Origin: Vicugna vicugna
Lineage: Eukaryota
Length of the DNA stretch: 64,000 nucleotides
Reading direction: 5' to 3'
NCBI GenBank assembly: GCA_013265495.1
Contig: MU058451.1
Location: 124,001 to 188,000, forward strand
In this document: in pieces, positions 1 to 10,545 of the stretch
Numbering within the stretch: position 1 is the stretch's first letter
Layout: each line of letters begins with the position of its first letter
The notes under the pieces: model-generated
Told to the model about the DNA's origin: nothing
The model's input: the letters and a program-made list of their open reading frames with translations, nothing else
Database searches by the model: none
Program-made: the position numbers and the translations under genes

Positions 1-122
1 GGGGGAAGGAAATAGCTCAGTGGTAGAGTATGTGCTTAGCATGCACAAGGTCCTGGGTTCAATCCCCCTTACCTCCATTAAAAATAAATATATAAACCTA
101 ATTACTCCCCCGCCAAAAAAAA
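1..122 (+). mobile_element. tRNA-derived SINE (camelid Vic-1-like)
   Basis: A-box-like TAGCTCAGTGGTAGAG, B-box-like GGTTCAATCCC, then an AATAAA-rich body and A tail; at least six similar copies in the window. Confidence 0.85.
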
Positions 123-199
123 TTTTTTTTACTGCTGTATATGTTATGAACTCAGCTGACTGCTAAAGACTGAATACATGACGTAAAAAATAAGATTGG

Positions 200-715
200 G
201 GAATTCTCAGAGAACGCTAATAAAAAAAATCAAAAGTTAAGCACAGGGAGGTAGATTCAACTTAACATCTGGCCAAAAGGAATTTCAGGAGAGAATAAAG
301 GTCTGGAAGGCAGATAAAAACAAAGGAAAGAACAAGAAAATTCCTTTGAGCTGAGGAATTGTATCTTCAGGTGGAAAGAATATTTTGCCTTCCACTGATT
401 ACAAAGCAGGGGAAAAAAAAGAAAAAGAAAATGACATCTAATTTAACACATTCTATTAAAATTTCAGAACTCTGAAGATAAAGAACAATTTTCCCAAAGC
501 AGAAAACTGACTACAAAGAAACAAGAACCAAATTAGCATCAAATGATAGAAGAAAATGAAATGATATTTTGAAAATTCTAAGGGAAAATTATTTCTATCT
601 GAAATTCTATATCCAGCCAAATTATCAAAGACGTATGTAAGTAAAGTACCCTCAGACAAAGGACTCAGAAAATTTTTCACTATGCATCCTAAAAGATGAT
701 TCCTTGAAGGTAAAA
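200..715 (+). mobile_element. old LINE-1 ORF1-region remnant
   Basis: A-rich + strand with L1 ORF1-like motifs (gaaattctatatccagccaaattatc); no intact ORF; boundaries approximate. Confidence 0.5.
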
Positions 716-1554
716 CAGGGTTTTTCACCGTTGGTTGTACACCCAGCATCTTTGAATATTTAGATCAGTAATTTTTTCTCTTTCAGAAACTGGGACTTGT
801 GAATCATTTCTCTGAAGTTCTGCATGTCTGTTTTACTTGAGCTTCTTTTTTTCAAATTAAATCAAATGTTTTCTTTGGGGCTCCAGCAGAAATTAAATAT
901 ATTTTATCTTCTTGAAAGTTAAGTACTCAAACTAAAGTATATGAAATAAAGAAAACTAAAAGAGAATTAAAAAGGTTAAGCAGTAAAGATAAGAAAAGAG
1001 AAAAACCTCAACCCTCTGAAGGTGCAGTCAGTGCCCTGGGAAATTCAGGCTGAGATGTTGCCAGACCAGCTCAAGCTCCAACTCAGGACAAAATTCCTGC
1101 CAGAGAGTTGCAACCCAACGGGACATGGTATTTACAGTCGTAAGGGGCCAGTCCACTCAGGACTCAGGGAGACTCTGCAAAGAGAAGATACTAAAGAACT
1201 CTTGGAACACAGAGTATAAGAGGACCCAGCCTTTTAAAACTACTCTCCCTCCACTCTCCCCTAAAAACAACTCCTTTCTTGAAGTCCGAGTCATTTCACG
1301 TCACTACTTCCAGTTTCCATCCCTTCCCCATCATTCCTGTCACCTCTCAACCTCCTGGTCTGCAGCCCCCCAGGAACCCACAGTTCCTCTCCTCGAACTC
1401 CAAACCAAGACCCACCATTGTCCACGCTGTTTAGGCAAATGATCCAAATAACATCCTAGTAGACATTTCTTGACCTGACTCAGACACCCCTTTTCTGTAT
1501 TCTACTTTTATCAAAAACCAAAGCAAAACGAAAACTAATCTTGTAGCTTCTGAT

Positions 1555-1665
1555 ATTTTTTTTGGTGTGGCAGGGTGGTAATTAGGTATTTATTTATTTC
1601 TAGAGGAGGTGCTGGGAATTGAACCCAGGATCTTGTGCATGCTAAGCACCAGGCGTTGTATCCTA
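1555..1665 (-). mobile_element. tRNA-derived SINE (Vic-1-like)
   Basis: Reverse complement of the SINE at 1-122 (T tail, ggtaattaggt, gaattgaacccagga, gcatgctaagca). Confidence 0.8.
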
Positions 1666-1683
1666 GCAACTCGCACCAGGAGG

Positions 1684-1684
<1 letters not shown>

Positions 1685-1715
<31 letters not shown>
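1685..1715. repeat. (TG)15 microsatellite in PRDM14 intron 6
   Basis: Directly visible. Confidence 0.95.
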
Positions 1716-1717
<2 letters not shown>

Positions 1718-1759
1718 GTCCATGTCTGTGTGCGCGCTCTTTGCTGCTCTGATTCCTAC

Positions 1760-1962
1760 CTTGTGAGGCCGGTGCTTCTCATGAACATGAAGGATGTGGA
1801 TCCGGAGCCGGTCTCTCTTCTCAAAGGATCGTTTGCACAAGGAACAGGGAAATTTCCTGTCACCCTTGTCCACGCACGGGGTATACTTGAGGTGCTTGTC
1901 TCTGTAATACTTGTAGGTAAATACTTTGCCGCACCGCTCACATCTGTAACCTTCCGTAGACT
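1760..1962 (-). CDS. PRDM14: PRDM14 exon 6 (first C2H2 zinc fingers), 203 nt; gene continues left of the window
   Basis: cttcacag| acceptor, |gtagga donor; encodes ESTEGYRCERCGKVFTYKYYRDKHLKYTPCVDKGDRKFPCSLCKRSFEKRDRLRIHILHVHEKHRPHK. Confidence 0.97.
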
Positions 1963-4900
1963 CTGTGAAGCACAGGGAGGAGTGTCAGCTACCTTCCCTT
2001 ATTTTTATTTTCAAGGCGATTGTTAAAAAACCTTTTATTACAGGAAATTTAAAACACATACCAAAGTTAAAATAGTAGAATAAAACTGAAAAAGGGGAAA
2101 AAAATTAAAAAAGAATAAACCCTCATATGTTCAAACACCAAGCTTTGACAATGACCATTTATGTCATTTCGCTCCATAATGGATTCTTTTCATCATTTAT
2201 CATTTGGTTCATAAACATCTCAAATGGTAATCTTGAAAAGATAATGAGATGTGCTTGTAAAAAAGCATAACCTTAATGCCGTTGCCACAAACAGTCAACC
2301 CTTATTTCTTAATAGAAATACATATATATTTACATATGCACACGTCTATTTGTTTAATTATAAACAGTTTGTCAGTTTGTTCAACGTAGGGTTCAACACC
2401 TACATTTTTTCCACGGTTGCTGTCTTTTCAATCTCTTCATCTATAGATTCTCCTTTTCTTTTGTTCCCTGAAATGTATTTGCTGAAGCAGCCCTTCCTCT
2501 AGTCGTATGTAAGAGCAGAGCAGGTCTACCCTACAGTTCTTGAACACACTCCTGACTGGCCTGTGTTATAAGGTTCATATCCCAAATACCTACTACATTT
2601 GCCCCTTTCAGATCAGCCTGAGCTACAAGTTCAAGGAAGTCCACCCAGGACCATGATGGCACCCACAGCTTCTCTCCAGGCTTCACAAGTTACTGTTTTA
2701 TTTGACCCCACTGAAAGTTTTAGGCACCTTTTTAGCCTAAAGGTCACTGCTCTGAACTTTTGGGGAAGACTCCAGAACTAGAATCTTTATGTATAGAGCA
2801 AGGATGACAATAACTTGCCTTCCCAAATACATAGGGTTGTTGTGATGATTAATTTAATACTAACAGCAAGTTCTTACCCACAAGTGATACTGTCACTGAA
2901 CGAGACAGGACTGAGAAAGGTAAATCTGTTTCAGTGGAGGGAGTGGGGGAGAGGTTAGAGAGGGTGCAGCCGACCCTAGCAAAGGAGGTGCCAGGTTCAG
3001 GGGTGTCTATGTGTTGAGGGGCAGGAAGAGGACCAGGGCCACCTACAAAAGCATCCCTGCTGAGGACACTCTGGATTCCAGGGGATAAAGTGGCTTTGAC
3101 TGAATGCATCACTGGAACCTCATTGTCTGGCCCCAGGGAGGGAGAGAAGGACCAGGAGTATGTGCAAGTGTGTAGGTGGAAATCTTTTTAGTTAACAGCA
3201 GGACAGCAGGGAAGCCATCCATCGGGAGCTTTGTTAGTTGATAACTATGTCCCAGGCACTTTTAACAGGTGGCCATGAAAATAAATCATTTTATTAAGTA
3301 AATAGCCAGGAAAGCAACCACTGACCCCAGGACGATCCACTGCCCAGTTCCGTCTGCCGCTTTCATTGAGGTGCTAATGCTTTTGGAATCCCCCTGTTGG
3401 GATGGTTTTTGCTTGGAGCTAGAATTTTCATTGGTTAGAAATACCTGGCCTTCCTGCTTCCTGGGGAGAGAGGGGGGTCTACAACTCTGGGTCAGCAATC
3501 TTTACAAATCAAAGCACAAAAGCACACCAGAATTCAGAATGACGGCTCAACAGTAAATCTGCATAAGAACCACCACCGAGGCAGGAACGACACACAGCAC
3601 CCTCACTAATTAGGCTTCAGCTGCCTGTTTTCTGCTCAAGTCTTTGGAAATTTATCTTAACCAAATTTTATCCTGTTTCCTTTCTTCCTCCCTCCCTCCC
3701 ATCTCAATCTTTTTAGCCCAGGGCTTCTCAATACTGAAAATGAAGCTTTCTGCCCCACCACAAACACACCATTCAGAGTTTGGTAAGAGCCACGTTCACA
3801 TTCCACACCTCCAGCCCCCAAAACACACATTCCTCAGGATTGCAAACTCAAATAACCCGCCCACATAGGGCCCAGGCCCTTCCCTCCCAATCAAGACCAT
3901 AAAGGAGGCTCCCATCAAATGTCACCAAAAGCCTTTGGGGGAAAAAAAAAGGCCTTTCTTTTGTGAGGACAGAGGAATTTTGATTTTTCTTTCCTTTTTA
4001 TCCTCTCCCAAAATGTTCCTATTAACAGAAAACAAACGAATTCATCCATTAGTCTTCCCAACAAATTAAGTTGTTTACAAGTTCTCTGCTACAAATTAGC
4101 CTAAATACGTACCCCCGTTAACAGAGCCAATATGCACTGAACGTGGTTTAGAAGTGGAGCCCACGTAACCAACCGCTGGCGGGGGATTTTTTCCACTTAT
4201 CATTAAAAGCCCTCATCCCTGTTACTTATGATTGTGATCTCTGCATTATTCTATGTTAATATATCATCATTTACCTAATAATTATTCTACTATTGGGCAT
4301 TTAGGTTGTTTGTGATTTTTCCCTAATATAGATTACGCTGTTTTAAAAATCCTTGTGGACAAAGCTTTTCCTTTTGGACTATTTCCTGAAGATAAATTTC
4401 CAAAAAAAGTATTACTGATACACTGAAGGTCATGATCATTTTAATAGCTCTGATACATAGTGTTAAATAACTTTTCAAAAGGATAATGATTGTATTTTGT
4501 GAGTTATTAAGCATGATAATAAGCATTTTTCTCAAATCTATTTTTCACTTTTATTTCAAAAGCGATTGCTACATTTTTGGAAGTGACCAAAAAGACTTAC
4601 TTGGCTTGGTGCTAAGTGTAAGCCAACTGTGAACCCCACGGACTCAAGAGAATCCTGCCATCTCAGCCCCACCACCACCCCATCCCACCCACATGTTGGG
4701 GCGGTGGGATGACAGTTCACCAGAACAATTAGACAGGCCCTCATAATTTGGCCTCTGGAAACAGACTGTTCACTATTCACCTCCTAACCCCGGGTGAACC
4801 CATCCTTGCCTTTGGCTTCACTATTCCCAGAGCCTGGACTGCCTTCCCTCTCCCTGCCTAACGTATCTCTTATTTCATCTCAGCCTTAAGCAGCTTCTTC

Positions 4901-5169
4901 CAGTTTAGTTGCAATGTCTTTCTCCATTCAATACACATGGGGAGCCAGGAACAGGGGACATTAAGGGGTTCAGGGTTGTCTCCTGCCCTGTGGGTCTCTA
5001 GCAGGGAGACATGCATGTAGACCATCACTGCAGTGTGTGATGAAATGCAATTCACATTTTCCTTTACATGCTACTTATGACATTTGTTATAACCTAATGA
5101 AGTGGTTGGTCTTCGATCTGATTACACATATTACAGTGATTTGCATTTGTCTTGTCCCAACTTGGAGAC

Positions 5170-5435
5170 CAGTGGTTCCCAAGCTTTTGTGGATATTATA
5201 AAATCAATCGCTCAGAGAGCTTTTTTAAAATGCAAATTCCAGAGGCTCATTCCCAGGGAGTGGGCTGGTGGTCCTCTAGCTCCCTGCTACTAAGATATGG
5301 TCCAGGGACCAGCAGCATCCCCTGGAAGCTTGATAAAAATGCAGACTCTCAGGTTCCAACCTTGAATGAGAATCTGCATCTTCCCAAGATCCCCAGGTAT
5401 TCCAAGCCACATAAAACTTGAGAGTGAAGGTCTAG
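5170..5435. mobile_element. MER5-like hAT DNA transposon remnants
   Basis: cagtggttcccaa start, cagcagcatcccctgga...aaatgcagactctcagg and gaatctgcat motifs typical of MER5A. Confidence 0.6.
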
Positions 5436-6063
5436 CTCTATGCTTCTGAAAGCTGACTGAAGAAATACATTTTCTGTTTGAGACCCAGCACACCCATATC
5501 CATCTGAAACAAAAATATCATCAAACAACGCTTACTTAAGCTCTGAGATTCACGTCAATAACTTCTATTCTATTTTATTATTTGTTTTTTCTCTCTTCTT
5601 CAATGCTGGTCTCTACCACCAAATCGATTTCCCAACCCATTAAGATATCGCAACCCTCCACTCTAAAAACACTGCTCCAAAGCTTTGACTTCATGGGCTG
5701 TGTAAGCCTCAGCAGAGATGCAGCAGAATCTGGCTCACCTAAGGCAGAGGCTGCATCCGTCTAAATCACTTGTATTTTATTCTCTGAGAGGGGTCGGGGG
5801 TAAAAGGAAAGGTATCATCATGAAGAGAAGTAGCTTCAGCATCTGGATTTCCTCAGCTTTGGAAAGATGAGGGCATCTTCCTCCAGCTGGGTGAGAGGCC
5901 TGCCTGGTTAGAGACACTCTCCGGTTTTGTCACCTGCACTGGCCTTTGTTGGGGAAGAAACTCCACAAGCAAGTGGAGAAGCTGCAGGAACATTGTGCTG
6001 GGGAAAGAACTCAGTCCTTCCACTAAGAGGGCCTCACTGGGTGAGGCAAAGGCGTGCACTCAC

Positions 6064-6334
6064 CTTCAGAGGGCTCGGATGCCTGCTTCCCCTGCTTTAT
6101 GACCTGCAGGCTCACAGGAATGTCCAGAAACTTCTCATAGCAGTCTCCGTACCACACCAAGAGCTCTTGGTTCTGGTGGATCTCCTTGCAGCTTTCGTAA
6201 AATATCTGCCCTTGACACTGCACTGCAACTAGGTTCTGCTCTGTGGGGAAACGGGCACAGTTGACGTAGGACATCCAGTTCCCCGCACCTCCTTTTCCAT
6301 CAATAAAGTGGCTCAAATGACCATCTTCAAAGAT
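6064..6334 (-). CDS. PRDM14: PRDM14 exon 5 (C-terminal part of PR/SET domain), 271 nt
   Basis: gtttag| acceptor, |gtgagt donor; IFEDGHLSHFIDGKGGAGNWMSYVNCARFPTEQNLVAVQCQGQIFYESCKEIHQNQELLVWYGDCYEKFLDIP with the PR-domain NWM..VNCAR and ELLVWYG motifs. Confidence 0.98.
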
Positions 6335-6434
6335 CTAAACGAAATAAAACACAAAGTTTGGAATGAATATATTTTTGGTCTGACCTATAAAATCAACTTT
6401 ACTTATTAAAATTTTATAATTCTTTTAAAAAATT

Positions 6435-6595
6435 TTTGTTTATTTTTAAAATTGAAGTATAGTCAGTTTACAATGTTGTGTCAATTTCTGGTATACAGCA
6501 TAATGTTTCAGTCATACCATACATATTCCTTTTCATGTTCTTTTTTGTTACAGGTTACTACAAGATATTGAATATAGTTCCCTGTGCTAAACAGT
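6435..6595 (-). mobile_element. LINE-1 3' end fragment
   Basis: ttgaagtatagtcagtttacaatgttgtg...gatattgaatatagttccctgtgcta; near-identical motif recurs at about 33210. Confidence 0.75.
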
Positions 6596-7534
6596 AAAAA
6601 TTTATAATACAAATCTCACACTTGACCCACTAAATATATTTATTATTAATATTACTAAGCCTAAATACATTTATTTACTTAAGAATATCTCTGTAGGTGA
6701 TACGATATTTTTAAAAGATTCTTACTTTTATCACTTTCTTGATTTCCAAATTTCTAAGCAGATTTTAAATTTCACAAACACAGGTAAGGGAAACAAGAAG
6801 TTACATTTAATTCCACCACTTAAAGACAACTGATTAGTTTTGTATTTTATCCCAACTTAGTTTTCATGTGTATTGATGGAGCCATAATTAAAAAAAATTC
6901 AGTTATTTGTTATTTCTTAATTTTAATTTTGATGGAGCCATAATTTAATTCTTTCTCTGCTGTTGGCAATTCTACCATCACCAATGTTCTATTATTACTA
7001 ACAAACTTGTGAAGTCAGAATTTCAGATTGTTTTCCTAAACTATATTCCTCCAAGTAGAAATTCAGGGGGAGGGGGGCAATCTGATACATTCTGAAAAAC
7101 TGCAGTTCTACCAGCATACCTCATGCACACTCAAGAGTATCAGTTTTTAAAAATCCTCAACATCAAAAATTTTAAATCTGGTTTTCATCCCTTTGGTATA
7201 TTCTTAGCATCACTCTAATATTTAAAGCATTTGGTTTTGTCTATAAATGTAACCCAATGTGTTAATTGTTTAAATGTATATTATGGCTCATCTTCAGATG
7301 AAAATGCCTTAAGGCACCGCAGAATTCCTGGAATCCAGGCAGAGGTGCTATCCTCCCCTGGGCTGGTCGTCTGCTTTTCCTTCCTTTTATATTGCAAAAC
7401 AGGCAGCATAGTCAGCAGATTGCTGCCCAGAGTGTCCCCTCTCTTAGGCCCAGACTCTCCCAGAGGAGCAGAGAAGGTTTTTCCCCACGCGCCTCCCTCC
7501 CCACTTTCCGCCAACCCACCAGAAACACATTTAC

Positions 7535-7692
7535 CTCCCACATCAGAGAATTGTCTCCATACGTCTTGACCTCGCTGGCGTTGACCACTTTGCCCTGAAA
7601 GGGCCCAAACCTGACTCCTTTGGCAATCAGGCTACTGCAGAACACACCGAAATGTGCGACTTCACCAAACATGGTCTGCTGGAGGCAGAGAC
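7535..7692 (-). CDS. PRDM14: PRDM14 exon 4 (N-terminal part of PR/SET domain), 158 nt
   Basis: ccctag| acceptor, |gtaaat donor; GLCLQQTMFGEVAHFGVFCSSLIAKGVRFGPFQGKVVNASEVKTYGDNSLMWE. Confidence 0.98.
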
Positions 7693-7787
7693 CTAGGGCG
7701 AGCCCAGGGAAGGAAAGAAAGCCAGTGAGGAGACTGCCTGCATTTATTTGTTTGGGAAAAGAGAAGCAAGCCAGGAGCCCTACCTAC

Positions 7788-7841
7788 CTTCTGGCAGCTG
7801 AAGGGAGTCGCTATCCAGAGTCTGAGGAAGAGAATCAGACC
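7788..7841 (-). CDS. PRDM14: PRDM14 exon 3, 54 nt
   Basis: ttctag| acceptor, |gtaggt donor; GSDSLPQTLDSDSLQLPE; phase 1-1 joins exons 2 and 4 in frame. Confidence 0.96.
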
Positions 7842-8454
7842 CTAGAATAAGACAGGGTTAAATTTTTATTTTTTGATAAAATGTACTATGAAATGCTTTC
7901 ATCCAGCAGTTTCCTCCTCACTCCCCAGAGCTCACCATTACCCTGCATTTGATGTTTACCTATCCTTTCTATTTTTCCTGCTCCTTTTGCATATACAATT
8001 TCTCGTTTGAGACTCAGGACAATCCTAGTTGGTTCTGTTGTAAATTAACTCCTTTTGCAAATTTAAGTACCTCGAGAATCAGAGATAATACTGATTTTGT
8101 CGAAGGTCAGATGGCTGAGCTGAGACTCCCATTGTGAACTGCCTGAGGCTCTCTCATTGACATACCTGGTACATTCTGGTCGAATCCGAGCCCGCCCAAT
8201 AAGCCCACTTCATGGCCCATTTCTCTCCTCACCCTACTTCTCACAAAACTACCAGGAGCCATGCAGTTATGCAAATAGGGCCTCGGGGGTGAGCCTCGCC
8301 ATCCCAGGTACATCCCTTGATGGAAGCACATACACTCCCCTTCAGTACTTGCACAGCCTCAGATCCACTTAAAGTGCCCCTTTCCCCTCCTGTCCCCAGG
8401 TCAATTTCCATCCGACCCTACACCCAACTCCTGGATCTCGAGGACTGCCTTTAC

Positions 8455-9154
8455 CAGAGCTGTCTGCGGGGACCAGGAGGCCCGAAATCGCATGGTGCAG
8501 GCGGGCTGAGGGCTGAGGGCTGGGAATGACCCCGTACAGAACTAAGTCCAGGTCTTCCAGGCTGAAGTGGTAACGGTGAGATGCCTTCCCCTCTTGGTTC
8601 ACGAGTTTGGGGCCATCCTCAGAGCCCTCGCTGCGAGAGCAAGATAACAGCTGGGAGGTCTTCGGCCTCTCAGGCAACAGGGAAGCATCCGCAGGGGGCG
8701 GCGGAATTAAACTTTCAGGTCGCCAGCACTGGCCACTGTCGCTACGGCCGCCAATGTGGCCCAAGTCTTCACTGGTGGCGCCCGTAAACTCGCGACCGCT
8801 GTTCAGGAAGTGCGGCACCTCGCCGGGCAGGTGGGGAATGGGGTACCACGTCGGCAGCTTGCTGTACCAGGGCAGGTCGTAGAGCGGCTCCCTCTGCAGG
8901 GCCAGGCCGGGGCTCAGCAAGGAAGGCGCGGTCCGGAAGGCGAAGGGGGGCACAGCCGGGGACGCAGACAGGGCCTCCAGCGGCCGGAAAGGTTGGAAAC
9001 CCTCCTCCGCAGCGGTTAGGGTGCTCCCGTAGGGGCCATAGCGCGGGAAAGGCGTGTAGTAGGCGGCCAGGTGTTGGGGGCTGCTCTGGAGCCTGTCGGG
9101 CGGGTAGCACACCTTGTCCAGGGCTCCGGCCTCACCTGGCGGCCGCAGAGCCAT
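8455..9154 (-). CDS. PRDM14: PRDM14 exon 2 coding part, 700 nt (exon starts at 9178)
   Basis: ATG at 9154-9152 (GGGGATGG context), ttccgcag| acceptor at 9180-9179, |gtaaag donor; MALRPPGEAGALDKVCYPP...LAAYYTPFP...EPLYDLPWYSKLP...VLYGVIPS...HAISGLLVP. Confidence 0.97.
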
Positions 9155-10403
9155 CCCCGGCCACAGCACGCGGCAGGTCTGCGGAAAAACAAGCGCGGCT
9201 GAGTGAGGGGCGCGGGCCGCTGAGGCCCGGCTCCTGCTGGCCTAGCATCCACCATCCGAGGCAGTCCCGGGTCGAAGGGAATTAGATAAACTTCTCACTT
9301 CGATCCCGCAAGCCCTACCCCACAAACGAAACAAAAACAGAAATACAAACAAACATCCTCCCCACCCCCTCCACCCCCCCCCAAAAACCCAAACGAAAAT
9401 CTGCCAGGATTCTGCCCGACTCCAAGTTCCTGGTAAGTGTTGCCTTGGCTTTCCCTCTCCAAACACTCCTTGACCAAGCACCGTGGTTTCCAACACCCGC
9501 TCTCTACATCCGCCCCAAACCCGGCTCCTACAAAATCCTTTCCAGCTCCCTCTTCCGCCCACTTCTCAGTCCAGAAAATCCTCTTTTGTAGGATGGGTCG
9601 CAGCCGCGGGGCCTTCCCACCCCAGGCGCTACTGGGTCCCTAGCAGGGAGGGGAGCCAAGAGCCCGGGTCGGATCGAGCAGAAGATGCGCCCCACCCCCC
9701 GCCCGGGGGCAGGTCCGGGGAGGCAGCCCCGCCGCGAGGCCGGGGTGTGACCTTATGGACTTAGGCGGTCCGAGCTAAGAGGAGGACGCCACCTTCGGCT
9801 CCCCTCCGAGCTCTGCAGCCATCTCCAGTTCCCCACGTGGGTTGAGTCCCGCCACATCTCCCAAGTCCCTGGGGAAACTCCTTATTACCCCAACCATGGG
9901 CTTAGGGGACCTGGAGTTGCCTCTCGGGAGAAAGCGAGGATGAGCCCCAGGCCAGGCGGAAGAGAGCAGACTCCGGCTCCTGAGCCGCCGCGGCCCCCAC
10001 CCCCGAAAGGATGGCGTTTTAATGGACAGAAGTTCACCAAGGCTGGGAGATGGAATCCCGCAGGGTCGGCGGGTCTTGAGGGGAAGATCAATGAGCCCAA
10101 TAAGGAAACCAAGTAGGGTCGTGACTCAGAAATTAAAGAACACGGGGTCAGGAGAAGAGGTCAGCCACGACGAAGGCATCCGCCCCCGTCTCCTCCTGAG
10201 TCCCCAAAGGCACTCCGCTCCCGGCCTCCCCTCACCCCAAGGATCTGCGACCTGCGGTTGAAAGCTACTTAAGGAGTAAAAGCTCCGAGAGGGCAAAACG
10301 ACCCCCCAAAACGAACTGCGCCAGCAACTGCCGCCTACGCTCTCCGGCCACCCCAGCGGACTATAGCCCGTGGCCACCGCCGCGCGCCCGGGTCCGCACC
10401 CAC

Positions 10404-10478
10404 CTACAAGAGCGCAGCTGCTGAGCGGGCACCTCCGGGACGCAGAAGGGCAACGAAGGCTCCGGACCGGTAGGCTTC
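10404..10478 (-). other. PRDM14: probable non-coding exon 1 of PRDM14 (5' end approximate)
   Basis: Donor TAG|GTGGGT at 10404/10403; about 30 nt downstream of a TTTAAA box preceded by GC boxes; exon 2 has a clear acceptor, so an upstream exon is required. Confidence 0.55.
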
Positions 10479-10504
10479 GGGAGGGCAGGGAGGGCTGAGC
10501 CGGG

Positions 10505-10545
10505 TTTAAAGAGGGTGGCGGGCGGGCGGGCGGGGCCGCGGGGCA
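10505..10545 (-). promoter_or_regulatory. TATA-like box (TTTAAA, 10505-10510) with tandem GC boxes
   Basis: cgggtttaaagagggtggcgggcgggcgggcggggccgcgggg. Confidence 0.55.

Noticed and set aside
1..76. tRNA gene (also the copies at 17500, 36236, 43289, 45970 and 60428)
   Set aside because: tRNA-like heads with A/B boxes, but mutually diverged and followed by SINE body and A tails; these are SINEs.
8369..9169. 266-aa single-exon ORF as a stand-alone gene
   Set aside because: It is PRDM14 exon 2 read from an upstream GTG and run into intron 2; the true start is 9154 and the donor 8455.
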